A stretch of DNA of 64,000 nucleotides from Armatimonadota bacterium. Lineage in GTDB: Bacteria > Armatimonadota > UBA5829 > DTLH01. The translations under genes and the position numbers were made by a program. This document shows positions 15,286-24,454 of the stretch, piece after piece. The stretch is from the NCBI GenBank assembly GCA_038207085.1, contig JBBRAE010000003.1:96001-160000 (forward strand), in the 5' to 3' direction. The notes under the pieces were generated by a model. That model was given only the letters and a program-made list of their open reading frames with translations, was not told the DNA's origin and ran no database searches. Position 1 is the first letter of the stretch, and the number at the start of each line of letters is the position of its first letter.

Positions 15286-18021
15286 TCAAGAGACAGGCTG
15301 CATTTCAGCCCAGTTCTTTCCAATTTTTACATCAGAAATTAGTTTTACAGCCAGTGGATGGGCGTTTTCCATCAATTCCTTGACCATTGGGACCACTCGG
15401 GCCACTTCTTCGGGAGGCGCTTCAAAGACCAGTTCGTCATGCACCTGAAGCACCATCTCGGTTTTGAGTCCCGCGCGGTGAATCGCCTCGTCCACCCGAA
15501 TCATCGCGATCTTCATAATGTCGGCCGCCGTCCCCTGTATCGGCATATTGACTGCGGCGCGCTCCGCAAACTGCCTGAAGTTTCGGTTGCCGCTGGTTAT
15601 TTCGGGGACGTACCGGCGGCGACCGAGGATCGTCGTCACAAAACCGTTCTCACGGGCATAGGCGACCGTCTCTTCGGCGTAGCGGCGGACGCCCGGAAAC
15701 TTCCCGAAGTAGCGATCGATATACTCGTGCGCTTCTCTGGGCGATATTCCAAGCTCTTTAGCCAGACCAAAGTCACTCATGCCATATATGACGGCAAAGT
15801 TCACAGTCTTCGCCCGCCGCCTCATATCCGAAGTCACCTCCGACTCAGTTACGCCAAAAAGCGTGGTCGCGGTCGCGGTATGGATGTCCTCATCGTTTTC
15901 AAAGGCGCGCACAAGCTCCGGGTCGTCGGTGACGTGGGCGAATATCCTGAGCTCTATCTGCGAGTAGTCGGCGGATATGAGCACGTTGTCGTTTGTGGCG
16001 ATAAAAGCCTTTCGGATTTCGCGGCCGATCTCGGTCCTGATCGGGATATTTTGCAGGTTCGGCTCACTTGAGGAGAGCCTGCCCGTCGTCGTAACCGCCT
16101 GGTTGAGCGAGGTGTGGATCCTCCCCGTGCGCGGGTTTATGAGCTTGGGGAGCGCATCGGCGTAGGTCGATTTCAGCTTTGAAAGCTCCCGCCACTCCAA
16201 AATATGGGCAACGATGGGGTGAATCAGCGCAAGCGTTTCAAGGGTTTCGGCGTCGGTCGAGTAACCCGTCTTGGTCTTTTTGCCCGACGGAATCTGCCGC
16301 TCTTCAAAAAGCACGGTCTGAAGCTGCTTTGGCGAGCCGATGTTGAACTCATGGCCCGCAAGCTCGTAGATTTCGTGCTCAAGCTCACGGATTCTGTCGT
16401 TTAGATGAATCGAAAGCCCACCCAGGTATTTGGTGTCGACCGCGACGCCCCGGAGCTCAACCTCGGCAAGCACCGGCACAAGCGGCATCTCGACCTGTTC
16501 GACCAACCCGAGGAGCCCGTCACGCTCGATCTTTGCTCGGAGCACCGGAACCAGGTGCCAGGCGGCTTCGGTCTCGGCGCAGGTGGTGAAATCGATCGCA
16601 GGCTCAAGGTCTTTGTTCTTTGCCTTGGGGTTGATCTGCGGAAGCTCGACACCAAGCTGCTCGAAGGCGACGTCACCTATCGAATAGCTGCTCCGTGCTG
16701 AGTTCAGCACGTACGCGCCGACCATGGTGTCAAACTCAAGGCCGCGCATCACTATGCCCAAGAGCTTGAGCGCCGCGAAGTCTCCTTTGAGGTCGTGGCC
16801 GACTTTTTTGATCGATTCGTCCTCAAGCACGTCTTTGAATATTTGAATATCAGAAGAATACCCCTCTTCTTCGTCATAAGAAAACAGCGCGCCGGTTGCC
16901 TCGGGCTTTGTCGATGAGCCGAGGCGCACGTAGGTCGTCTCATGCGGCCCGGTCGAAAACGCTATGCCCAGAAGCTCGCTTTCGGAGGGCTTGCCAAGCG
17001 TAGTATGCACGCGCAGGGCGAAGCGCCCGGCCTCGCGAAGTTTCTTGACCAGCGCTTTAACTTCCGAATCGGTCTCGACGGTGCTGCAGGTTCCAAGCTC
17101 AACCAACGGCACGACCTCTTCTTTGACCTCATCGGCCGCCTCGGGTTCCGGCAGGCGTCTGAGAAGCGTCCGAAACTCTAACTCTTTGAAAAGCGAACGC
17201 AGGCGGTCTGAATCGATCCCCTGGTAGCGCAGCTCTTCGATCGTCTTCATAACGGGCACGTCGGTGATGATCGTCGCCAGTCGCTTGGAGAGAATAGCGT
17301 CGTCTTTGGAGTCGACGAGTTTTTTACGAAGTTTTTCATCGGCGACCTGATCGAGGTTGTCGTAGATCGCCTCGACCGTGTCGAACTGCTGGATGAGCTT
17401 GGCCGCGGTCTTGTCCCCCACCCCTTTGACACCTGGAATGTTGTCTGAGGCGTCGCCCTTTAGCGCCTTAAAGTCGGCCATCTGGGAGGGCTTGATGCCG
17501 AAGCGCGCGACTACGGCGTCTTCATCATATATAACGGTATCCGTGACGCCTTTGACGGTGGTCATCACCTTGACGCAGTCGTTTACGAGCTGGAGCGCGT
17601 CGAGGTCGCCTGTGACGATCAGGGTGTCGTAGCCTGCCTCGCAGGATTGGCGGGCGATCGTGCCGACGACGTCGTCTGCTTCAAAGCCCGGTATCTCGAT
17701 GATCTGCGCCTGAAACGCCTCCACCATCGCCCGGGCGATCGGCCCCTGGACTTTCAACTCATCAGGCGTGGGCTTGCGATGGGCCTTGTAGCCGTCGAAC
17801 TCCTCGTGGCGGAACGTCTTGACGGGCGCATCGAAGGCTACGACGATCGAGTCGGGCTTTTCTTCCTGGATCAGGCGAAGAAGCATCATAGCAAAGCCGT
17901 ACACGGCGTTGGTCGGGACGCCTTCGGTGGTCGACAGGTGCTTCATCGCGAAAAACGCCCTGTACAAAAGGCTGTTGCCGTCTATCGCAACCAGTTTGTG
18001 TCTCTGGCTAGTGTCCAACAT
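15286..18021 (-). CDS. polA: DNA polymerase I
   Basis: 5' nuclease IDGNSLLYRAFFA; polymerase motifs TGRLSSSEPNLQNIP, ADYSQIELR, AKTVNFAVIYG, QVHDEL. Confidence 0.98.
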   Translation of the reverse strand: MLDTSQRHKLVAIDGNSLLYRAFFAMKHLSTTEGVPTNAVYGFAMMLLRLIQEEKPDSIVVAFDAPVKTFRHEEFDGYKAHRKPTPDELKVQGPIARAMVEAFQAQIIEIPGFEADDVVGTIARQSCEAGYDTLIVTGDLDALQLVNDCVKVMTTVKGVTDTVIYDEDAVVARFGIKPSQMADFKALKGDASDNIPGVKGVGDKTAAKLIQQFDTVEAIYDNLDQVADEKLRKKLVDSKDDAILSKRLATIITDVPVMKTIEELRYQGIDSDRLRSLFKELEFRTLLRRLPEPEAADEVKEEVVPLVELGTCSTVETDSEVKALVKKLREAGRFALRVHTTLGKPSESELLGIAFSTGPHETTYVRLGSSTKPEATGALFSYDEEEGYSSDIQIFKDVLEDESIKKVGHDLKGDFAALKLLGIVMRGLEFDTMVGAYVLNSARSSYSIGDVAFEQLGVELPQINPKAKNKDLEPAIDFTTCAETEAAWHLVPVLRAKIERDGLLGLVEQVEMPLVPVLAEVELRGVAVDTKYLGGLSIHLNDRIRELEHEIYELAGHEFNIGSPKQLQTVLFEERQIPSGKKTKTGYSTDAETLETLALIHPIVAHILEWRELSKLKSTYADALPKLINPRTGRIHTSLNQAVTTTGRLSSSEPNLQNIPIRTEIGREIRKAFIATNDNVLISADYSQIELRIFAHVTDDPELVRAFENDEDIHTATATTLFGVTESEVTSDMRRRAKTVNFAVIYGMSDFGLAKELGISPREAHEYIDRYFGKFPGVRRYAEETVAYARENGFVTTILGRRRYVPEITSGNRNFRQFAERAAVNMPIQGTAADIMKIAMIRVDEAIHRAGLKTEMVLQVHDELVFEAPPEEVARVVPMVKELMENAHPLAVKLISDVKIGKNWAEMQPVS

Positions 18022-18024
18022 ATC

Positions 18025-19077
18025 TTAACGCATACTTTCTATGGAATCGCTACTTGAGGAGAACCTTTCGATCAGCCGGTCAAGCAGAAGATCGTACTCC
18101 CGTGCGCCGTAACGCTCTTCGGTCGATCCCGAGCGCAGCATGTCGAGAACCCCTCCCCGCCCATCGTATTTTTCAACTCTAGGGTCGCCGGTGATGCCAT
18201 TTTCGTGGGCCGCGGTGAGGAGTGTGTCGCGAAGCCCGCCGATCTTGTCGACCAGTTTTAGCTCAAGCGCCTGCCGTCCGGTGAAGACCCGACCATCGGC
18301 GATCTTTCGCACCTCTGACTCGGGCAGGTTGCGCCCCGTGCTCACGGCTTCGAGAAACTGCTCGTAGGTGTCGTCGATCATCCCCTGAATAAGCTTGCGC
18401 TCGTCGGGGGTAAGCGGCCTGTTCGAGCTGCCGATGTCCTTAAACTTCCCACTCTTGACAACCTGGGGGGACACACCGATCTTGCCGAAGAGCTTTGACA
18501 TATCGGTAGTCTCCATTATGACGCCGATGCTCCCGGTGATGGTCGAGCCGTTTGCAAATATCTTGTCGCAGGCGGAGGCGATGTAGTAGCCGCCGGACGC
18601 CGCAACGTCGCCCATCGAGGCATAGACTTTCTTTTCCAGCCGCACTCTTCGAATCTCTTGATAGACCTCTTGAGACCCCGCAGCGCTTCCACCGGGGCTG
18701 TTGATCCTGATCACGATCGCCCTGATGTTGTCGTCCTTGCGAGCTTTCTCAAGCTGTGCCACGATCCGCTCTGAGCCAGCGACGCTCCCGCCAAAGAGTC
18801 CGCCGCCAGAGTCGCCTCCAGTGATGACCCCTTCGACATGGATCAGCGCCACGCGGTCACCAATCGAAGAAGAGCCCAACCCGCCGCCAATAACCGCAGC
18901 TATCACAAAAATCACAAAAAGCGGCACAAGCAGCGCAAACGCCGCGCAGCCGATCCCAACCGGAATCCACCACCTTACCGGTTTCCTCGGAGGAGGCGCG
19001 GGAGGGTTGTAACTTACCTGCTCGGCGCGAGGAGCCTCAGGCTCGCCGTTCATGTTTGCGGATTCATCTATGCTCAC
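18025..19077 (-). CDS. sppA: Signal peptide peptidase SppA (36K type)
   Basis: INSPGGS, AASGGYYIA, TGSIGV, KSGKFKD, DGRVFTGRQA; GTG start with AGGAG RBS. Confidence 0.95.
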   Translation of the reverse strand: MSIDESANMNGEPEAPRAEQVSYNPPAPPPRKPVRWWIPVGIGCAAFALLVPLFVIFVIAAVIGGGLGSSSIGDRVALIHVEGVITGGDSGGGLFGGSVAGSERIVAQLEKARKDDNIRAIVIRINSPGGSAAGSQEVYQEIRRVRLEKKVYASMGDVAASGGYYIASACDKIFANGSTITGSIGVIMETTDMSKLFGKIGVSPQVVKSGKFKDIGSSNRPLTPDERKLIQGMIDDTYEQFLEAVSTGRNLPESEVRKIADGRVFTGRQALELKLVDKIGGLRDTLLTAAHENGITGDPRVEKYDGRGGVLDMLRSGSTEERYGAREYDLLLDRLIERFSSSSDSIESMR

Positions 19078-19230
19078 AAAGAATTCTCCTATATCGCCAA
19101 AAAGAGTTTAGCGATGCCCAGGGTATGGTGACAACTAGACTGCGCCCGCCAAGCAGACAGCGCATAACTAGGTGCGCAATCGCCGATTTCGCGAGTCTTC
19201 TCATTGCCGTAAATGTAGTATTTTCCGATG

Positions 19231-19260
19231 TTGACTTTGAAAATCCCATTCGAGTATACT
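19231..19260 (+). promoter_or_regulatory. Sigma70 promoter of tRNA-Leu
   Basis: TTGACT-N18-TATACT ending 9 nt before the tRNA. Confidence 0.65.
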
Positions 19261-19269
19261 TACAGCACT

Positions 19270-19355
19270 GCCGGAGTGGTGGAATGGTAGACACGTCGGT
19301 CTCAAAAACCGATGAGGGAAACCTCGTGAGGGTCCGAGTCCCTCCTCCGGCACCA
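19270..19355 (+). tRNA. tRNA-Leu (anticodon CAA)
   Basis: Acceptor GCCGGAG/CTCCGGC plus A-CCA; D arm with GG; anticodon stem TCGGT/ACCGA with loop CT-CAA-AA; long variable arm; T arm GAGGG/CCCTC. Confidence 0.95.
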
Positions 19356-19477
19356 CATATACGAATGCCTTCCCAGACACTCCCCCAAACAACACATTAT
19401 ACCACCGTCATCACCTGCCAGCAAGCAAGCGAACGCCCGTTTTTAACAATGTACAACGGACGAAAGAAGGATTTCGC

Positions 19478-19507
19478 TTGACGCGCGACTAATTGTAGAA
19501 TTAGAAT
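19478..19507 (+). promoter_or_regulatory. Putative sigma70 promoter
   Basis: TTGACG-N18-TAGAAT just before the AGGAGG RBS of the 19527 gene. Confidence 0.45.
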
Positions 19508-19526
19508 TAACTGCAGGAGGTAATGC

Positions 19527-20093
19527 ATGACACTATCACACATCAAAAAAATAGCCGTTGCGGTTGTTTTAGGCATAGGTGCGCTGTCCGGCGTCTGCTC
19601 GGCCGCTCAGTTCTCCGCTGACATAGTAGAGAAGTCAGGCGCGCCAGGATTTGCCAGCCACGTCTTCGTGCGGGACAACATCGTCCGCAGAGAGATCCGT
19701 CGGGCGGGCGACTTTGAGGCGGTTATCTACAGGCTCGACAAGGGGCTTATGTGGATCCTTCAGATCCAGGACAAGACCTACATCGAAACCGATGTGCATC
19801 CTACCGCGTGGCTCAGCGCAGACTATTTTGACACGGTCAAGGACGTTGCCGCAAAGAAGCTGCTCGGCACAGAAAAGGTGAGCGGCTACGAGTGTGAGAA
19901 GTATCTGATCTACTTCAAAGACACCAACCGCGGCAAAGTCACCCAGTGGGTCTCAAAGAAGCTGAACTTCCCGCTCAAGGTCAGAGTGTGGACGCCTCGC
20001 GCCGAATACACCATCGTGTATACCAATATCGTCGAGAAGAATCTCCCGGACAGACTCTTCGATATCCCGGCGAACTATTCAAGACTGCAGTAA
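19527..20093 (+). CDS. Secreted DUF4412-like (LolA-like fold) protein
   Basis: Signal peptide; FSADIV, IYRLDKG, LLGTEKVSGYECEKY, WVSKKLNFPLK, LFDIPANY; AGGAGG RBS. Confidence 0.75.
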   Translation: MTLSHIKKIAVAVVLGIGALSGVCSAAQFSADIVEKSGAPGFASHVFVRDNIVRREIRRAGDFEAVIYRLDKGLMWILQIQDKTYIETDVHPTAWLSADYFDTVKDVAAKKLLGTEKVSGYECEKYLIYFKDTNRGKVTQWVSKKLNFPLKVRVWTPRAEYTIVYTNIVEKNLPDRLFDIPANYSRLQ

Positions 20094-20122
20094 GTCTGAC
20101 TACAAAAGTAATCGACAGATAC

Positions 20123-20154
20123 AAGACCACTGATGGGAGTCCTTCAGTGGTCTT
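20123..20154 (+). terminator. Stem-loop/terminator between the DUF4412 gene and argJ
   Basis: AAGACCACTGA...TCAGTGGTCTT 11-bp inverted repeat. Confidence 0.55.
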
Positions 20155-20174
20155 TACCATTCAGGAACGAGATT

Positions 20175-21374
20175 ATGAAGAATATTGACGGAGCAATCAC
20201 CGCACCAAAAGGGTTCAGGACAGCGGGAGTCCGCTGTGGGATAAAGCAGCAGGGCAAGGACATAGCGCTCGTCTACTCAGACGCACCGACGGTATCAGCC
20301 GCGCTCTTTACGACCAACAAGATCAAGGCCGCGCCCGTGCAGCTCTCAATGGAGCACGCGAAGTCCGGGAAAGCCCGCGCAATCGTCGCGAACGCAGGCA
20401 ACGCCAACTGCTGCACCGGCCAGAAGGGGTTCGACGATGCCCGAGAGATGTGCGATCTTGCGGCAAAGGGCCTTGGCATTGCGCCTCAGGAGGTGCTCGT
20501 CTGCTCGACGGGGATTATCGGCCACTATCTGCCGATGGACTTGGTTCGCCTGGGAATCGCCCAGGCTGCGCAGTCGCTAAGCTCCGATGGCGGACCCGAC
20601 GCGGCGCATGCGATTATGACCACCGACACCCGGCCCAAGATGACGGCTTGCGAGGTTGAGATCGGCGGGGTTCCCGTTAGAATCGGCGGCATCGCCAAGG
20701 GCGTGGGGATGATCGAGCCGAATGTCGCGACGATGTTCTGCTTTATTACAACCGACGCAGCAATCGCGCCTGAGCTCCTGCAGGAAAGCCTGATGCTCGC
20801 CGCGGAGGTCTCGTTCAACAGCCTGACGATCGACGGCGACACGAGCACCAACGACACTGTGATAGCACTTGCAAACGGGCTCGCCGGAAACGCAGTGATC
20901 GACACCGAAGGCCCGGAGCTTGAAGATTTTCAGGAAGCGCTCGATCTTGTCTGCGAGGAACTGACCAAAGCGATCGCCCGCGACGGCGAAGGGGCAACCA
21001 AGCTGGTCGAGGTCGTCGTAAGGAACGCGCAGAGCTATCCCGATGCAAAGAAGATGGCAAAGACGATCGCCAACTCTCCCCTGGTGAAGACGGCGATCTT
21101 CGGCGAGGACCCGAACTGGGGTCGCGTGATGGCAGCAGCAGGCCGCTCGGGCGCGCCGCTTGACCCGGGGACGATCGACCTCTATTTGGGAGACGTGAAG
21201 ATCATCGCAGACGGCGCACCGGTTGACGTAGACCCCGAGGAGTCGCGCCGCCCGATGCTCAAAGATGAGCTTGTGATCACAGTCGACCTCAAAATGGGCG
21301 AGGCCGAGTCGAGAGTATTCACCTGCGACTTCTCGTATGAGTATGTGAAGATCAACGCCGAGTACCATACTTAA
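20175..21374 (+). CDS. argJ: Glutamate N-acetyltransferase / ornithine acetyltransferase
   Basis: APKGF, STGIIG, IMTTDT, KGVGMIEPNVATM, DGDTSTND, DGEGATK, DPNWGR, INAEYHT; start at ATG 20175. Confidence 0.97.
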   Translation: MKNIDGAITAPKGFRTAGVRCGIKQQGKDIALVYSDAPTVSAALFTTNKIKAAPVQLSMEHAKSGKARAIVANAGNANCCTGQKGFDDAREMCDLAAKGLGIAPQEVLVCSTGIIGHYLPMDLVRLGIAQAAQSLSSDGGPDAAHAIMTTDTRPKMTACEVEIGGVPVRIGGIAKGVGMIEPNVATMFCFITTDAAIAPELLQESLMLAAEVSFNSLTIDGDTSTNDTVIALANGLAGNAVIDTEGPELEDFQEALDLVCEELTKAIARDGEGATKLVEVVVRNAQSYPDAKKMAKTIANSPLVKTAIFGEDPNWGRVMAAAGRSGAPLDPGTIDLYLGDVKIIADGAPVDVDPEESRRPMLKDELVITVDLKMGEAESRVFTCDFSYEYVKINAEYHT

Positions 21375-21386
21375 TGGACATAAATC

Positions 21387-21462
21387 ATAGGGGCAGACCA
21401 GCGTGTCTGCCCAAGACTTGCGGGGTATCGACAAAATGGCGGACACATTGGTCCGCCCCTGC
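21387..21462. repeat. REP-like inverted pair (REPIN-like)
   Basis: ATAGGGGCAGACCAGCGTGTCTGCCC (21387-21412) and TGGCGGACACATTGGTCCGCCCCTGC (21437-21462): two imperfect palindromes facing each other, with GTAG-like outer ends. Confidence 0.75.
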
Positions 21463-21486
21463 GTGGGATTCGAAATTGGTAGAGTT

Positions 21487-22437
21487 ATGAGTAAACCTAA
21501 GGTATTTATTGATGGCGAGGTCGGGACTACCGGCCTTCAGATACGGGCACGACTTGAGAGTCGGAGCGACATTGAGCTTGTCAGCATCGACCACGAGAAG
21601 CGCAAGGACGAGGTGGCTAAGAAAGAGATTTTGAACTCCGTCGACCTTGCGATTCTTTGTCTGCCCGACGATGCGGCGCGGGCGTCGGTTGCGATGATCG
21701 AGAGCCCCGACGTGCGCGTGCTCGACGCTAGCACGGCCCACAGGGTCGCGTGCGACTGGGTCTACGGGTTCCCCGAGCTTGTCCCGGGGCAGGCCGACCG
21801 GATCCGTGAGTCGAAGCGCGTCTGCGTGCCGGGGTGCTACCCGACGGGCATGCTCGCGCTCGTCACGCCGCTTGTCGATGCCGAGCTTCTGCCCAGTGAA
21901 TATCCCCTTACGGTGCATGCGGTCTCGGGGTACTCGGGCGGCGGACGGAAGATGATCGAGGCGTTTGAAGGCGTCGGCCCCGAGCCGATCAACGACCCAT
22001 ACCGTCTCTACGCGCTCGAACTCGCGCACAAGCACGTGCCTGAGATGCACAAGTATTCGGGCCTTGCGCACAAGCCGATCTTCTCACCGGCGGTCGGTGC
22101 GTTTCGGCAGGGGATGCTTGTGCAGGCGCCGATTCATCTCAGAATGCTTGACAGGGCCGTCACGGTGAAGAAGTTGCACAAGGCCATTGAAGAACGCTTC
22201 GCTGGCGAGCGTTTCGTGAGGGTGGCGGCGATCGAAGATCGTCCCAAGATTCTGGCTCCCGAGGCGTTGAACGGCACCAACATGCTGGAGCTCTTTGTCT
22301 TCTCAAACGCAGAGGCCGACCAGGCGCTTCTGGTGGCTCGGCTCGACAACCTGGGCAAAGGGGCTTCAGGCGCTGCCGTCCAGAATATGGACCTGATGCT
22401 CGGGCTTGAGGGGACGGGGACTTACGATTTGGCTTAG
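21487..22437 (+). CDS. argC: N-acetyl-gamma-glutamyl-phosphate reductase (type 2)
   Basis: [56 protein letters not shown]; start at ATG 21487. Confidence 0.97.
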   Translation: MSKPKVFIDGEVGTTGLQIRARLESRSDIELVSIDHEKRKDEVAKKEILNSVDLAILCLPDDAARASVAMIESPDVRVLDASTAHRVACDWVYGFPELVPGQADRIRESKRVCVPGCYPTGMLALVTPLVDAELLPSEYPLTVHAVSGYSGGGRKMIEAFEGVGPEPINDPYRLYALELAHKHVPEMHKYSGLAHKPIFSPAVGAFRQGMLVQAPIHLRMLDRAVTVKKLHKAIEERFAGERFVRVAAIEDRPKILAPEALNGTNMLELFVFSNAEADQALLVARLDNLGKGASGAAVQNMDLMLGLEGTGTYDLA

Positions 22438-22439
22438 AG

Positions 22440-22937
22440 CTAGAACTTGATCGCTCTACCGAGGAGCAGCCCGTTTTCACTGTTCATCGACCACTTCCCG
22501 CAGGTGTAGCCGAGTGCTGCGCCTGCGGCCACATCATGCCAATGGTGCTTGTCCAGATCGACCCGCGACCACCCCACCAGACCCGCGAGGCCGTAGTAAA
22601 TCCACTTGTGCTTGTGATCTTTCTCAGCAAGGGCCGATGCCGTCGCGAAGGCCATTGAAGTGTGCCCACTTGGAAAGCTCTTCGTGTCGCTGCCGTCGGG
22701 ACGGTCCTCGTGGATCAGTTCTTTCAAGAGACAGGTCACCGCGACGGTGGTCAGCTGCGCATCAAATATGCGCGCGGACTCGGCTTTGCCGATGTGGGAG
22801 CCGCCGAGCGCGGGGAGCACCATCGCAAGGGCGAGGGTCGCGCGGGTGTTGTCGCTCACACCTTCAGCAAACGATGAACCGGCGTAGCTCACCCCGGAAA
22901 TTGCCAGGATGAGCACCAGCAGAATTGTATTTCTCAT
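22440..22937 (-). CDS. PAP2-family phosphatase
   Basis: K-x6-RP (KELIHEDRP), SFPSGH, SRVDLDKHHWHDV; N-terminal signal/TM; start at ATG 22937. Confidence 0.9.
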   Translation of the reverse strand: MRNTILLVLILAISGVSYAGSSFAEGVSDNTRATLALAMVLPALGGSHIGKAESARIFDAQLTTVAVTCLLKELIHEDRPDGSDTKSFPSGHTSMAFATASALAEKDHKHKWIYYGLAGLVGWSRVDLDKHHWHDVAAGAALGYTCGKWSMNSENGLLLGRAIKF

Positions 22938-22960
22938 AGGTATCAAAACACCTTTGGCTA

Positions 22961-24349
22961 TTACTTTGTGGCGATTTCCGAGTTCTTCGCCGACACGCTC
23001 CACAGCGCCGCGAGCAGGCTCTCACCTACCACCCGGATGTCCCCTGCCCCAAGCGTGATCACCATATCGCCGGGCCGAACCTCTGAAAGAAGCGCATCGG
23101 CGATCTCGGACTTGTCGGGCATATAGCGAACGACCGGACCCGTCACCATATCGGCGATCATCTTACCTGATATGCCTTCGATCGGCTTCTCGCGCGCGGC
23201 GTAGACGTCGGTCACGACGACGATATCGGCAAGCGCGAGGCTTTCAGCAAACTCAGTAGCGAAGAACTTGGTGCGAGAGTAGAGATGCGGCTGGAAAACG
23301 GCGATCAGACGGCGCTTCCAACCAGATCGGGCCGCGGAAAGCGTCGCAAATATCTCGCGGGGGTGGTGTGCGTAGTCGTCGACGATCATGATATCGTTCG
23401 GCGTCCCGAGAATCTCGAAGCGTCGGCCGGTGCCGGTGAACTTGGCGAGCGCTGAGCGGATGTGTTCAAAGCTCGCGCCGTATTCGAAGCCTATAGCGGC
23501 TGCGGCGAGCGAGTTTGCAATGTTTTGGACGCCAGGAACGCCCAAAGTGATCCGTCCCAGACTCTCACCGTTTCGGACGAGGTCGTAGCTTGCCTGAGGA
23601 GAGTCTACATCGATGTTGGTCGCGCGCAGATCGGCTTCGCCTTCGGTCGAGTAGCTGACGGTGCGCTGGCTGACGCCTTTCAGGACGCCTCGCACGTTCT
23701 CGTCGTCGATGCAGGCTATTACAACGCCGTCGGGGTCTATATGGGAGAGAAACCCTTCAAAGCTCTCGATGATCTTCTCTAGTGTGCCGTGGAAATCCAG
23801 GTGATCTGCATCGATGTTGGTGATCGCCGCGACGCTTGGGCGCAGGTTCAGGAACGAATCAAACGCCTCACAGGCTTCAGTAACAAATAGGGACGTGCTT
23901 CCGACGTGGGCGTTTCCGCCGATCGCCGCGAGGTCGCCTCCGATCAGCACTGTCGGGTCAAGACCCGCTTCAGAGAGCACCAGGCTCACCATAGAGGTCG
24001 TAGTGGTCTTGCCGTGCGTGCCAGTGATCGCGACGCGGTTCTTGTAATCGTCCATCAGCCGCCCGAGCATCTGCGCGCGGTCGATCGTGGGGATTCCCCG
24101 GCTCTCCGCAGAGGCGCGTTCGGGATTGTCCCTGGGGATCGCCGCAGAGTAGACGACAAGCGTCGCGCCGTCGAGATTTGCCGAGTCGTGACCGATCGCG
24201 ACCCTGATCCCCTGCGACTCAAGCCGCTCCGTGGTGGTGGTCTTCTTCTGGTCGGAGCCCGAGACCGCAGCGCCACGCACATGCATCACGTGCGCAATTG
24301 CGCTCATCCCCGCTCCGCCTATTCCTATAAAATGGAACCTTTCACACAT
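22961..24349 (-). CDS. murC: UDP-N-acetylmuramate--L-alanine ligase
   Basis: HFIGIGGAGMS, GTHGKTTTT, DDYAHHP, FQPHLYSRT. Confidence 0.97.
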   Translation of the reverse strand: MCERFHFIGIGGAGMSAIAHVMHVRGAAVSGSDQKKTTTTERLESQGIRVAIGHDSANLDGATLVVYSAAIPRDNPERASAESRGIPTIDRAQMLGRLMDDYKNRVAITGTHGKTTTTSMVSLVLSEAGLDPTVLIGGDLAAIGGNAHVGSTSLFVTEACEAFDSFLNLRPSVAAITNIDADHLDFHGTLEKIIESFEGFLSHIDPDGVVIACIDDENVRGVLKGVSQRTVSYSTEGEADLRATNIDVDSPQASYDLVRNGESLGRITLGVPGVQNIANSLAAAAIGFEYGASFEHIRSALAKFTGTGRRFEILGTPNDIMIVDDYAHHPREIFATLSAARSGWKRRLIAVFQPHLYSRTKFFATEFAESLALADIVVVTDVYAAREKPIEGISGKMIADMVTGPVVRYMPDKSEIADALLSEVRPGDMVITLGAGDIRVVGESLLAALWSVSAKNSEIATK

Positions 24350-24370
24350 AAAGCTATTCGCTATTAGCCG

Positions 24371-24451
24371 TTAGCTCGCTTTATTCGTAAAGCGAATAAA
24401 GCTCTCGCTAGCAAAGCATTATTCACGCTCCTCGTGAATAATGCAGGTTAG
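24371..24451. mobile_element. About 80-bp MITE/REP-like double-hairpin element, copy 1
   Basis: Near-identical to 32219-32299; hairpins GCTTTATTCG/CGAATAAAGC and GCATTATTCACG/CGTGAATAATGC; TTAG at both ends. Confidence 0.6.
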
Positions 24452-24454
24452 CAG

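Noticed and set aside
19270..22437. Genomic island integrated at tRNA-Leu
   Set aside because: No integrase, no duplicated tRNA 3' end seen, and the downstream genes are housekeeping.
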